Of a stretch of 54,930 nt of DNA, positions 19,408 to 27,182 are shown one piece after another. The stretch spans positions 18,866-73,795 of the forward strand of contig CAZNBX010000001.1 of NCBI GenBank assembly GCA_964571305.1. Direction: 5' to 3'. Positions within the stretch are counted from its first letter, which is position 1. Each line of letters starts with the position of its first letter. The notes beneath the pieces are model-generated. The model was not told the origin of the DNA. It saw only the letters and a program-made list of their open reading frames with translations, and did no database searches. Source of the DNA: an uncultured Novosphingobium sp. (GTDB lineage: Bacteria > Pseudomonadota > Alphaproteobacteria > Sphingomonadales > Sphingomonadaceae). Made by a program: the position numbers and the translations under genes.

Positions 19408-20490
19408 ATGGCTACGACCGCAGATTATGGCCTGGGTGAGTTCACCTACCCGCGTGGATGGTTCATGGTGGCCCGGTCGGAAGAGATCGGAACGACCCCG
19501 GTCGCGGTGCGCTATTTCGGCCAGGACATGGTGATGTATCGCGGCGGCCAGAGCGGCAAGCCCTTCATGATCGAAGCCTATTGCCCGCACATGGGCACCC
19601 ATCTGGCACGCAACACCACCTCTTACGTGATCAAGGATGCCGAGCACGTCGAGGGTGACAACATCCGTTGCCCCTATCACGGCTGGCGCTTTGGCCCCGA
19701 TGGCAAGTGCAACCAGATTCCCTATTCTCCCGCCCCCGTTCCCAAGGCGGCATGCCTGAAGAGCTGGAAGGTCACCGAACGTGCGGGTTGCCTGTGGGTC
19801 TGGTATGACCCGGAAGGTCAGGAGCCGGACTATGACCTGCCGGCCTTCGAACCCTATGATGCGCCGCACTGGGTAAACTGGAACGTCCGCGAACTGGGCG
19901 AACTGGCCTGCCATCCCCAGGAAGTGGTCGATAACATGGCCGACAAGGCTCACCTTGAACCGGTTCACGGTTCGATCGACATCGCCTCTTTCGAAAACGA
20001 GTTCAACGATCACGTCTGCCGCCAGATTCTCTCCGCCGGGCACAAGACCCTTGCGGCCGAGGGCGGTGAGCCGATGACCAATGACACCTGGTACACTGGG
20101 CCGGGCATTCTCCAGTCGGAGATGATCGGCGCCAATCCTTCGCTCATGCTGATTGCGCATACGCCGATCGACGATGGCGTATTGAAGGTGTGGTACGGCC
20201 TGCTGGTCAAGGTTGGCAATGCGCAGCCCAACGATGATGATCGCGCGCTGGCCCGGGCCTATGAAGACGCCGGCGTCGATGCCTTCGCGCAGGATTTCGA
20301 AATCTGGAGCAACAAGCGTCCCTGCATCAACCCGATGATGGTCCGCGGTGACGGTCCGTTCGACAAGGTGCGGGTGTGGTATCGCCAGTTCTATAATCCG
20401 CGTGCCCAGGCCGAAACTTTCCAGAAGCGCGTCAACGGGCGCTACACCACCCGTGGTACCAAGGCTGCGCCGTGGGACGCGGTCGCCTGA
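19408..20490 (+). CDS. kshA: Rieske oxygenase, KshA-like (type A paralog)
   Basis: YPRGWF, CPH...CPYH, DNMADKAHLEPVH, QDFEIW, GDGPF. Confidence 0.8.
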   Translation: MATTADYGLGEFTYPRGWFMVARSEEIGTTPVAVRYFGQDMVMYRGGQSGKPFMIEAYCPHMGTHLARNTTSYVIKDAEHVEGDNIRCPYHGWRFGPDGKCNQIPYSPAPVPKAACLKSWKVTERAGCLWVWYDPEGQEPDYDLPAFEPYDAPHWVNWNVRELGELACHPQEVVDNMADKAHLEPVHGSIDIASFENEFNDHVCRQILSAGHKTLAAEGGEPMTNDTWYTGPGILQSEMIGANPSLMLIAHTPIDDGVLKVWYGLLVKVGNAQPNDDDRALARAYEDAGVDAFAQDFEIWSNKRPCINPMMVRGDGPFDKVRVWYRQFYNPRAQAETFQKRVNGRYTTRGTKAAPWDAVA

Positions 20491-20513
20491 CCGCTTGATC
20501 GAGGTCCAAAGGG

Positions 20514-20555
20514 AAAAGGCCCGTTCCGGAATTTCCGGGGCGGGCCTTTTTCTTT
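20514..20555. terminator. Bidirectional intrinsic terminator
   Basis: AAAAGGCCCG...CGGGCCTTTT hairpin with A- and T-tracts between convergent genes. Confidence 0.85.
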
Positions 20556-20574
20556 GATTGGCGGTGCAGGCTGA

Positions 20575-21330
20575 TCAGGTGGCAGTGGCGCCGCCGTCGA
20601 CCACCAGCGGGTGGCCGGTGACGAAGCTGGCCTGGTCCGAACAGAGCCAGAGCACGGCCGAAGCGATTTCCTCGGCCTGGCCCATGCGGCCCATCGGGGT
20701 CAGTCCGTCCAGAACCTTGCGCATTTCCGGATTGGCGGCGAGGGGAGCGGTCATCGGCGTTTCAATGACACCCGGGCAGACCGCGTTGACGCGAATGCCA
20801 GCCTTGGCCCAGCGCAGCGCGCCATGCCGGGTCAGTCCGACGACCCCATGCTTGGTGGCGGTATAGCCGGGCTGGGCGCCGTTCCCCACCAGTCCGTTGA
20901 TCGAAGCGGTGTTGACGATCGCGCCGCCGCCATTGTTGAGCATGACAGCGGCTTCCTCGCGCATGCAGTACATCACGCCTGAGAGGTTGATTGCAACCGC
21001 GCGGTCCCACACCGCGTCGTCGTATTCGTCCGCCCCCAGATTGTTGATCCCGGCGTTGTTGTGGGCATAATCGAGCCGGCCGTATTCGCTGACCGCGCGT
21101 GCCACCAGTGCCTTGACTTCCGCCGCATCGGCAACGTTGCAGTGCTGGAACACCGCTTTGCCGCCTGCTGCCACGATCATGGCGACCGTTTCCGCGCCGC
21201 CCGCGTCATTGACATCGGACACCACGACCGCTGCGCCCGATGCGGCAAAGCCGAGCGCGGTTGCGCGGCCGATCCCGCCGCTCGCACCCGTCACCAGCGC
21301 AACCTTGCCGTCAAATCCGTAATTCATCAC
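20575..21330 (-). CDS. SDR family oxidoreductase
   Basis: TGASGGIG, NNAG, YTATK. Confidence 0.92.
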   Translation of the reverse strand: MMNYGFDGKVALVTGASGGIGRATALGFAASGAAVVVSDVNDAGGAETVAMIVAAGGKAVFQHCNVADAAEVKALVARAVSEYGRLDYAHNNAGINNLGADEYDDAVWDRAVAINLSGVMYCMREEAAVMLNNGGGAIVNTASINGLVGNGAQPGYTATKHGVVGLTRHGALRWAKAGIRVNAVCPGVIETPMTAPLAANPEMRKVLDGLTPMGRMGQAEEIASAVLWLCSDQASFVTGHPLVVDGGATAT

Positions 21331-21343
21331 CCTCTCCTTGATA

Positions 21344-21373
21344 TGCGTAAAAATCAGACTACAGGATAACGCA
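21344..21373. promoter_or_regulatory. Operator-like palindrome copy 5
   Basis: TGCGTA-N18-AACGCA in the divergent promoter region 21330/21412; outer 11-bp blocks identical to copy 6. Confidence 0.75.
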
Positions 21374-21411
21374 AATAATGGTCAACGAATGATTTCAGGA
21401 GCCGAACTCGA

Positions 21412-22473
21412 ATGAGCGACAGTCTTTTCTCGCCAATTGCCCTTGGTGCAATCGAGTTGTCCAATCGTATCGTCATGGCCCCGATGACGCGGGATCGCGC
21501 CGGGCCGGACGACGTACCCGGCGACATGATGGTAGAATACTACGCCCAGCGGGCAAGTGCCGGTTTGATCGTGACCGAAGGGGTCCAGCCCAGTCCGGCG
21601 GGCAAGGGCTATTGGCGCACCCCCGGCATCTACAGCGCCGAACAGATCGCCGGTTGGCGCCGGGTGGCGGATGCGGTTCATGCCCGGGGCGGCCGGATTG
21701 TCATGCAACTGATGCACTGCGGCCGCGTGGTGGTCCCGGCCAATCGCGGTTTCGATGCCGACGTGATCGCGCCGTCAGCCGTGGCTTGCCCGGTCCCGGT
21801 GCCCGGCCCGGATGGAACCCCGGTAGAAACGGCCATGCCCCGGGCGATCGACGCTGCCGAAATTCCGGCGCTGCTTGAAGAATATGCGCAGGCCGCGCGC
21901 AATGTGGTCGCGGCCGGGCTGGACGGAGTAGAGTTGCACTGTGCCAGCGGCTATCTCATCAACCAGTTTCTCAACATTGCCAGCAACCAGCGGAAAGACG
22001 AATTCGGCGGGAGCGTAGAGAACCGCATCCGCTTTCCGGTGATGGTGCTGAAGGCGCTGGCCGAAGCAATCGGCGCGGATCGCGTCGGCTTCCGCATTTC
22101 CCCCGGCAATCCGTACAATGGGATGGACCCGGCCGATCCGGCAGCGACTTTTGCCCCCTTCGTCAAGGCGGCTGACGGTCTTGGACTGGCCTTCCTCCAC
22201 GTGGTCGATATGGGTCTGGCGGAACTGGATACCCTCGACTTGCTGCGCGAGAATTTCAGGGGTCCGATCATCGCCAACAACAACCTCAAGGCGGACAGCG
22301 CCCGGGCCCTGCTGGACGCCGGGCGCGCCGCGGCGGTCAGCTTTGGCCGGGCCTTCATCGCTAATCCCGACCTGGTTGAGCGGATCAAGGCGCAGGCTCC
22401 GCTGGCCAAGCCCGATTTCAGCCTGCTCTACACCGGGGAAGAGCGGGGCTATACCGACTATCCCGCGCTCTGA
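21412..22473 (+). CDS. Old yellow enzyme / NemA-like alkene reductase
   Basis: NRIVMAPMTR, YYAQRA, DGVELHCASGYL, GYTDYP. Confidence 0.9.
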   Translation: MSDSLFSPIALGAIELSNRIVMAPMTRDRAGPDDVPGDMMVEYYAQRASAGLIVTEGVQPSPAGKGYWRTPGIYSAEQIAGWRRVADAVHARGGRIVMQLMHCGRVVVPANRGFDADVIAPSAVACPVPVPGPDGTPVETAMPRAIDAAEIPALLEEYAQAARNVVAAGLDGVELHCASGYLINQFLNIASNQRKDEFGGSVENRIRFPVMVLKALAEAIGADRVGFRISPGNPYNGMDPADPAATFAPFVKAADGLGLAFLHVVDMGLAELDTLDLLRENFRGPIIANNNLKADSARALLDAGRAAAVSFGRAFIANPDLVERIKAQAPLAKPDFSLLYTGEERGYTDYPAL

Positions 22474-22494
22474 TCGGGATGGGTGCTAAAACAA

Positions 22495-22522
22495 CGGGCT
22501 CCGGCCTGGCGACCGGAGCCCG
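22495..22522. terminator. Hairpin between convergent genes
   Basis: CGGGCTCCGG-N8-CCGGAGCCCG. Confidence 0.65.
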
Positions 22523-22570
22523 CTTGTGCATGACGGGCCGTGGAGAGTGCGACCCGTCACGCGCAGTCGC

Positions 22571-23671
22571 TCATTCGCCCGCCGCAAGCTCCGGCTTGGC
22601 GTAATAACGCCCATACCACTGGCGGAACTGCGGGATCGGACCGTCGCCGTCGCAGATGATCGGATTGGCTTCATAGCGCATCCGGTCCCAGATCACCTTG
22701 TCCTGGTCGAGCTGCTTGCAGATGTCCCGGATCAGGGCCTTGGCCAGCCCCGCCGCCGGACCATTGGCTTGGCTCTTGGGCTGCATGAAGCCATAGCGGA
22801 CCCGCAGCACGTCTTCTTCGACCGGCACCAGGCTGGCGACCAGCAAGGTTTCCGAAATGCCGCGGAAGCGCACCCAGCTCTGCCCGGCGCCCATGGTGTC
22901 ATAGCTGATCAGGCCGTCGACGATGCCGTTTGGCGTGCCCATCTGGGCCTTCACGTCGGCGCCGCGGCCCCATTCGCCCCAGCGCAGTTCCGCCTTGGGA
23001 ACGTCGGCAGTGCCGTGGATGTACTTGAAGGGGGCCACGTCCACGCCGTTTTCGGCCATGTTCTGGATCGATCCGTAAACCATCCATTCGTGCATGTCGT
23101 ATCCGGTCCACTCCGGATCGCTGTATTCCTCGTGCACGACGACGTCCCACATCGGTGCGACGTTCTGGTCAGGATGATACCAGACCCAGATCCAGCCGTT
23201 GGCTTCGGTCACCGGCCAGGTGCGCAGGCACTTGCGCTTGACCTGCGGCGGGACGGCCTTGGCATAGGGGATCTCCTTGACCACGCCTTCCTCGCCATCA
23301 TAGCGCCAGGCGTGGAACGGGCATTCCAGCAGGTTGCCGGAAACCTTGCCGCCGTGACCCATGTGGGCGCCGAGATGCTTGCACCAGGCGTCGGTGACGC
23401 GGACCTTGCCGTCCTCGCCGCGCCAGATCGCCAGGTCCTTGGAGAAATAGCGCAGCGGCTTCACCTGGCCGACCGCGATGAAATCGGTCTGTTCAAGCGC
23501 GTACCAGCCGAACGGAAAGCCGATATCCATGCCGCGTTCGGCAGGCGAGGGGCGGCCTTCCAGCGGTGCTACGCGCCAATCGATCAGGTCCTGGCCGCGC
23601 AACTTCTCAAGGATTTGCCAGACTGCGACGGGAGGGGTGCGGGCGTCGGTCACGCCGGTTTCGTTGCTCAT
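22571..23671 (-). CDS. Rieske oxygenase, KshA-like (type B paralog); iron-ligand His replaced by Pro
   Basis: Close paralog of 12052-13158; CKH...CPFH; ENGVDVAPFKYIH; start ATG 23671 after GGAG. Confidence 0.85.
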   Translation of the reverse strand: MSNETGVTDARTPPVAVWQILEKLRGQDLIDWRVAPLEGRPSPAERGMDIGFPFGWYALEQTDFIAVGQVKPLRYFSKDLAIWRGEDGKVRVTDAWCKHLGAHMGHGGKVSGNLLECPFHAWRYDGEEGVVKEIPYAKAVPPQVKRKCLRTWPVTEANGWIWVWYHPDQNVAPMWDVVVHEEYSDPEWTGYDMHEWMVYGSIQNMAENGVDVAPFKYIHGTADVPKAELRWGEWGRGADVKAQMGTPNGIVDGLISYDTMGAGQSWVRFRGISETLLVASLVPVEEDVLRVRYGFMQPKSQANGPAAGLAKALIRDICKQLDQDKVIWDRMRYEANPIICDGDGPIPQFRQWYGRYYAKPELAAGE

Positions 23672-23684
23672 GGAACGCTCCTGC

Positions 23685-24773
23685 TTACGCTGCCTTGGAC
23701 TTGGCGCCGGGCCGCTTGTCGATGGTGGTATGCACGCCGTTGACGCGCTTGTGGAACTCCGCTGCCTTGTCGCGGGGGTTGTAGAACTGGCGATACCAGA
23801 TGCGTTCCTTGTGGAACGGGCCGTCATCCGGGATCTGCATGATCGTCAGGGCAGGCTCCTTGTGCTGCCAGACTTCGAAATCCTGGGCGAAAGCTTCCAG
23901 CGCGACGTCCTGGTAATCGCGCGCCATCGACACCCCGGCTTCGTCGGCCCGGGTATCGGCCACCTTGACCATCAGCGCATACCAGACGCGGACTTCGCCG
24001 TCCTCGACCGGGGTGTTGCAGATCATGATGATCGACGGGTGCTGCCCCTCCATCCGCGACAGCAGGATGCCGGGACCAGTGTACCAGGTGTCCGTGACCA
24101 GCACGTCCTGTGCGCTGTCGCTGACCAGGGTGCGGTGGCCCGCGCCGAAGCGTTGGTAGATCAGGTGATCGCGGAACTCGTTTTCGAAATAAACGATGTC
24201 CTTGCTGCCGTGGACCGGGATGAAATGGGCAACGTCGGCCATGTTGTCGACGATTTCCTGCGGGTGGATGGGCAGGGTGCCAAGGTGGTCCAGCCGCCAG
24301 CGCACCCAGCCTTGTTCCTCCATGTCCCATTCCTCGAACAGGGGCAGGTCGAAGTCTGGCTGGCCGCCTTCTTCATCGTGCCACATCCAGATGCAGCCCG
24401 CGCGTTCGATGACGGGGAAGGTCTTGATGCAGGCGGCCTTCGGAATACCGTGGGTGGAGTAGGGGATCTCGTCCGCCTTGCCATCCGGGCCAAAGCGCCA
24501 GCCGTGGCCCGGGCAGCGGATCGATTCGCCCTGGATCTGCTCGCCATCGCGCACGACATAGCTTGTCGTGTTGCGGCCGATATGGATGCGCATGTGCGGG
24601 CAATAAGCATCGACCAGATAGACCTTGCCGCTTTCCCCGCGGTAGGCGACGAATTCGCGGCCGAAAAAGCGCAGCGGCACCGGCTTGTCGGCAATCTCGC
24701 TGGCTTCGGCTATCATGAACCAGCCTCGCGGGAAGGTTAGTGGTCCCAGTCCATATTCGGCAGTTTTGGCCAT
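23685..24773 (-). CDS. kshA: Rieske oxygenase, KshA-like (type A paralog)
   Basis: FPRGWF, CPH...CPGH, DNMADVAHFIPVH, QDFEVW. Confidence 0.8.
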   Translation of the reverse strand: MAKTAEYGLGPLTFPRGWFMIAEASEIADKPVPLRFFGREFVAYRGESGKVYLVDAYCPHMRIHIGRNTTSYVVRDGEQIQGESIRCPGHGWRFGPDGKADEIPYSTHGIPKAACIKTFPVIERAGCIWMWHDEEGGQPDFDLPLFEEWDMEEQGWVRWRLDHLGTLPIHPQEIVDNMADVAHFIPVHGSKDIVYFENEFRDHLIYQRFGAGHRTLVSDSAQDVLVTDTWYTGPGILLSRMEGQHPSIIMICNTPVEDGEVRVWYALMVKVADTRADEAGVSMARDYQDVALEAFAQDFEVWQHKEPALTIMQIPDDGPFHKERIWYRQFYNPRDKAAEFHKRVNGVHTTIDKRPGAKSKAA

Positions 24774-24799
24774 TGCAGTCTCTCCCTTTCCGCTATGGT

Positions 24800-25990
24800 T
24801 CAGATGAAGGTGTCGGTGTTGGGGTTGCCCAACAGGTAACCGCCCAGATTGCGCCGGACCGATCCGGGATTGTTCGCGATGTGGGTGCGGCCCGAATGGA
24901 TATCGACAAAGGCGCGGACCAGCGGGCTGGAGCGGTAGATTCCCTGGGCGCCGCTCGAATAGAACATCCGCGAGATCAGGCCGGCGCAGCGGTCGAGGAC
25001 CTGGCCGGACTGAAAGCGGAACAGCAGACGCTGCTCCAGGTCGTATTCCGCACCCGCCGAAGCCTGGTCCATCAGCACGTCGAAATTGCGGTTGAGCACC
25101 AGCTTCATCTCGTCGATCGCGGCGGCGGTCTCGGCGATCACCCCCTGGGCGTCAGGATCGTTGGCCGTGCGCGAGAAATCGTTCGAGCTGACCCGGGCCG
25201 AGGCGTAGTCGCGGAACGCATCCAGCGCGCCTTGCAACGCCCCGATTGAGGACGACGAGACGGCCCGCACGAAGATCTGGCCGAACGGCAATTTGTAGAG
25301 CGGCGCATCGTTGACCTTCAGACCCGGGCTGGTGGTCGCAAAGCCGTCCTTCGAGCGGTGCGAGCGATAGGCCGGGACGAATGCGTCCTTGACCACGACG
25401 TCCTGGCTGCCAGTGCCGCGCAGGCCCAGCGTATCCCAGACATAGTCGATCTCGAAATCGCTGCGGGGGACCAGGAAAGTGCGGTAATCGGGTGCGCCGC
25501 CCTCGGGATCGGGCACGAGCCCGCCAAGGAAGGCCCACTGGCAATGATCAACGCCCGAGGAAAAGCCCCAGCGCCCGCTGATCCGGTAACCGCCCTCGAC
25601 CGGGGTGACTTCGGCGCGCGGCATATAGGACGATGAAATCAGCGTGGTCGGATCGTCGCTCCACACGTCGGCCTGGGCCTGTGCATCGAACAGCGCCAGC
25701 TGCCAGTTGTGAACGGCGACAACCCCCAGCACCCAGGCCGAGGACATGCAGCCTTCCGCGACCGTCATCTGTACCGCGTAAAAGCTCTGCGGATCGAGTT
25801 CATGGCCGCCCCAGCGCTTGGGCTGAAGGATCTTGAAGAACCCGGCATCCTGGAATTCGCGGATCGTTTCTTCGGGGATCTTGCAGTCATTCTCGCATTG
25901 CTGCGCCCGGCTGCGCAGGGCCGGGATCATCGCGCGGGCCCGGTCGATCAGGGTTTGGGTCAGGTCGATCTTGGCGGTATTGGTCTGCAT
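24800..25990 (-). CDS. hsaA: HsaA-like flavin-dependent monooxygenase, oxygenase subunit
   Basis: FFKILQPKRWGG, AVHNWQLALF, LISSSY, GRWGFSSGVDHC, GLRGTGS. Confidence 0.8.
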   Translation of the reverse strand: MQTNTAKIDLTQTLIDRARAMIPALRSRAQQCENDCKIPEETIREFQDAGFFKILQPKRWGGHELDPQSFYAVQMTVAEGCMSSAWVLGVVAVHNWQLALFDAQAQADVWSDDPTTLISSSYMPRAEVTPVEGGYRISGRWGFSSGVDHCQWAFLGGLVPDPEGGAPDYRTFLVPRSDFEIDYVWDTLGLRGTGSQDVVVKDAFVPAYRSHRSKDGFATTSPGLKVNDAPLYKLPFGQIFVRAVSSSSIGALQGALDAFRDYASARVSSNDFSRTANDPDAQGVIAETAAAIDEMKLVLNRNFDVLMDQASAGAEYDLEQRLLFRFQSGQVLDRCAGLISRMFYSSGAQGIYRSSPLVRAFVDIHSGRTHIANNPGSVRRNLGGYLLGNPNTDTFI

Positions 25991-26017
25991 CGGAATTCTC
26001 CCTGCGAAATCGCTGTG

Positions 26018-26932
26018 TCAGGCGGCGCTGGCCAGAGCGGCCTGTTCGTCAGCCCCAAAGCCGACGCTGAAGTCGTGGCCCCAAAGGCTCACCGAAGTGC
26101 TTTCGAATACGGTGTGGTGGTCCCAGTCGATCGTCCGGCCCCCAAAGCCGTATTCGATGGCGAAGCCGCCGGGGGACATGAAGTAGAAGCTGGTCATGTG
26201 GTCGTTGGTATGCTTGCCCAGTGTCGCCATCAGGCGAACGCCGGCGCCGAGCATGCGGTCGTAGGCGCGGCCAACCTCGTCCAGGCTGGCGACTTCGAAC
26301 ATCAGGTGGACACAGCCTGACGGGACTTCACCCTCGAACAGGGCGAGACTGTGATGGCGCGCATTGTCGCAGTGCATGAAGTCGATCCGCTGCGCCATAT
26401 ACGGGGCAGGGCGGTGGATCAGGATGTCCGACAGACCGAATCCCAGGATCTTGTCCAGAAACTCTCGCGTTTCGGCAATATTCGGGGCGGGCAGGACTGC
26501 ATGGCCAAGGCCCAGGTCGCCCGTTACGAAGCGAGGGACACCAACTGGCGAGGAGAAGCGGTCGAAATCGCTGACAAAGCCATAGGACAGTTCATGCCGG
26601 TTGCCCGAAGGATCAAGGAACCAGACCATATCGAAGACATGGCGCAACGCGCGTTCCTGCTCCGTCGCGGCAGTGAAGGGGACCTGGTGGCGCTTCAGTT
26701 CTTCGCAAGCCGCGTGAAACTCGCTTTCGCTGCGCAACTCCCAGCCTGATGCGAAATAGCGGTCGTCACTGCCCGCTTCGATGAAGACCCGGCCCGCGCG
26801 CTCATCCATTTTGAGCGCCAATCCCGAACCTGCGGCCATGACGCTCATGCCCAGGACATCATTGGCAAAGCTATGCCACGCGTGCAGGTCGCGTGCCTTC
26901 ACGACCACATATGACAGCGCTGCTATCTTCAC
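26018..26932 (-). CDS. hsaC: HsaC/BphC-like extradiol ring-cleavage dioxygenase
   Basis: GLGHAVL, CDNARHHSLAL, LGKHTNDHMTSFY..SPGGFAIEYG; GTG start at 26932. Confidence 0.8.
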   Translation of the reverse strand: MKIAALSYVVVKARDLHAWHSFANDVLGMSVMAAGSGLALKMDERAGRVFIEAGSDDRYFASGWELRSESEFHAACEELKRHQVPFTAATEQERALRHVFDMVWFLDPSGNRHELSYGFVSDFDRFSSPVGVPRFVTGDLGLGHAVLPAPNIAETREFLDKILGFGLSDILIHRPAPYMAQRIDFMHCDNARHHSLALFEGEVPSGCVHLMFEVASLDEVGRAYDRMLGAGVRLMATLGKHTNDHMTSFYFMSPGGFAIEYGFGGRTIDWDHHTVFESTSVSLWGHDFSVGFGADEQAALASAA

Positions 26933-27017
26933 GGCACACTCCCGGTCTTCTTGATGCTCAAGGGGTAACGTGCCGGTCTGCCGGGCAACATTGACGGGAA
27001 TCAATTTTCCGAACGTT

Positions 27018-27047
27018 TGCGTAAAAATTATGCCTTTAAATAACGCA
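27018..27047. promoter_or_regulatory. Operator-like palindrome copy 6
   Basis: TGCGTA-N18-AACGCA in the divergent promoter region 26932/27183. Confidence 0.75.
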
Positions 27048-27182
27048 AATAGTGAATTGATTGGCGGTAAAGGCGGTTCGATGCGGATCAAAATAACATA
27101 ATGTGCGTGAATCCCGTTGACCGGCTGGTGATGCTGCGACATTGCAGGGCAAACAGGACGATAAATACCGAGGAGGATCGCC

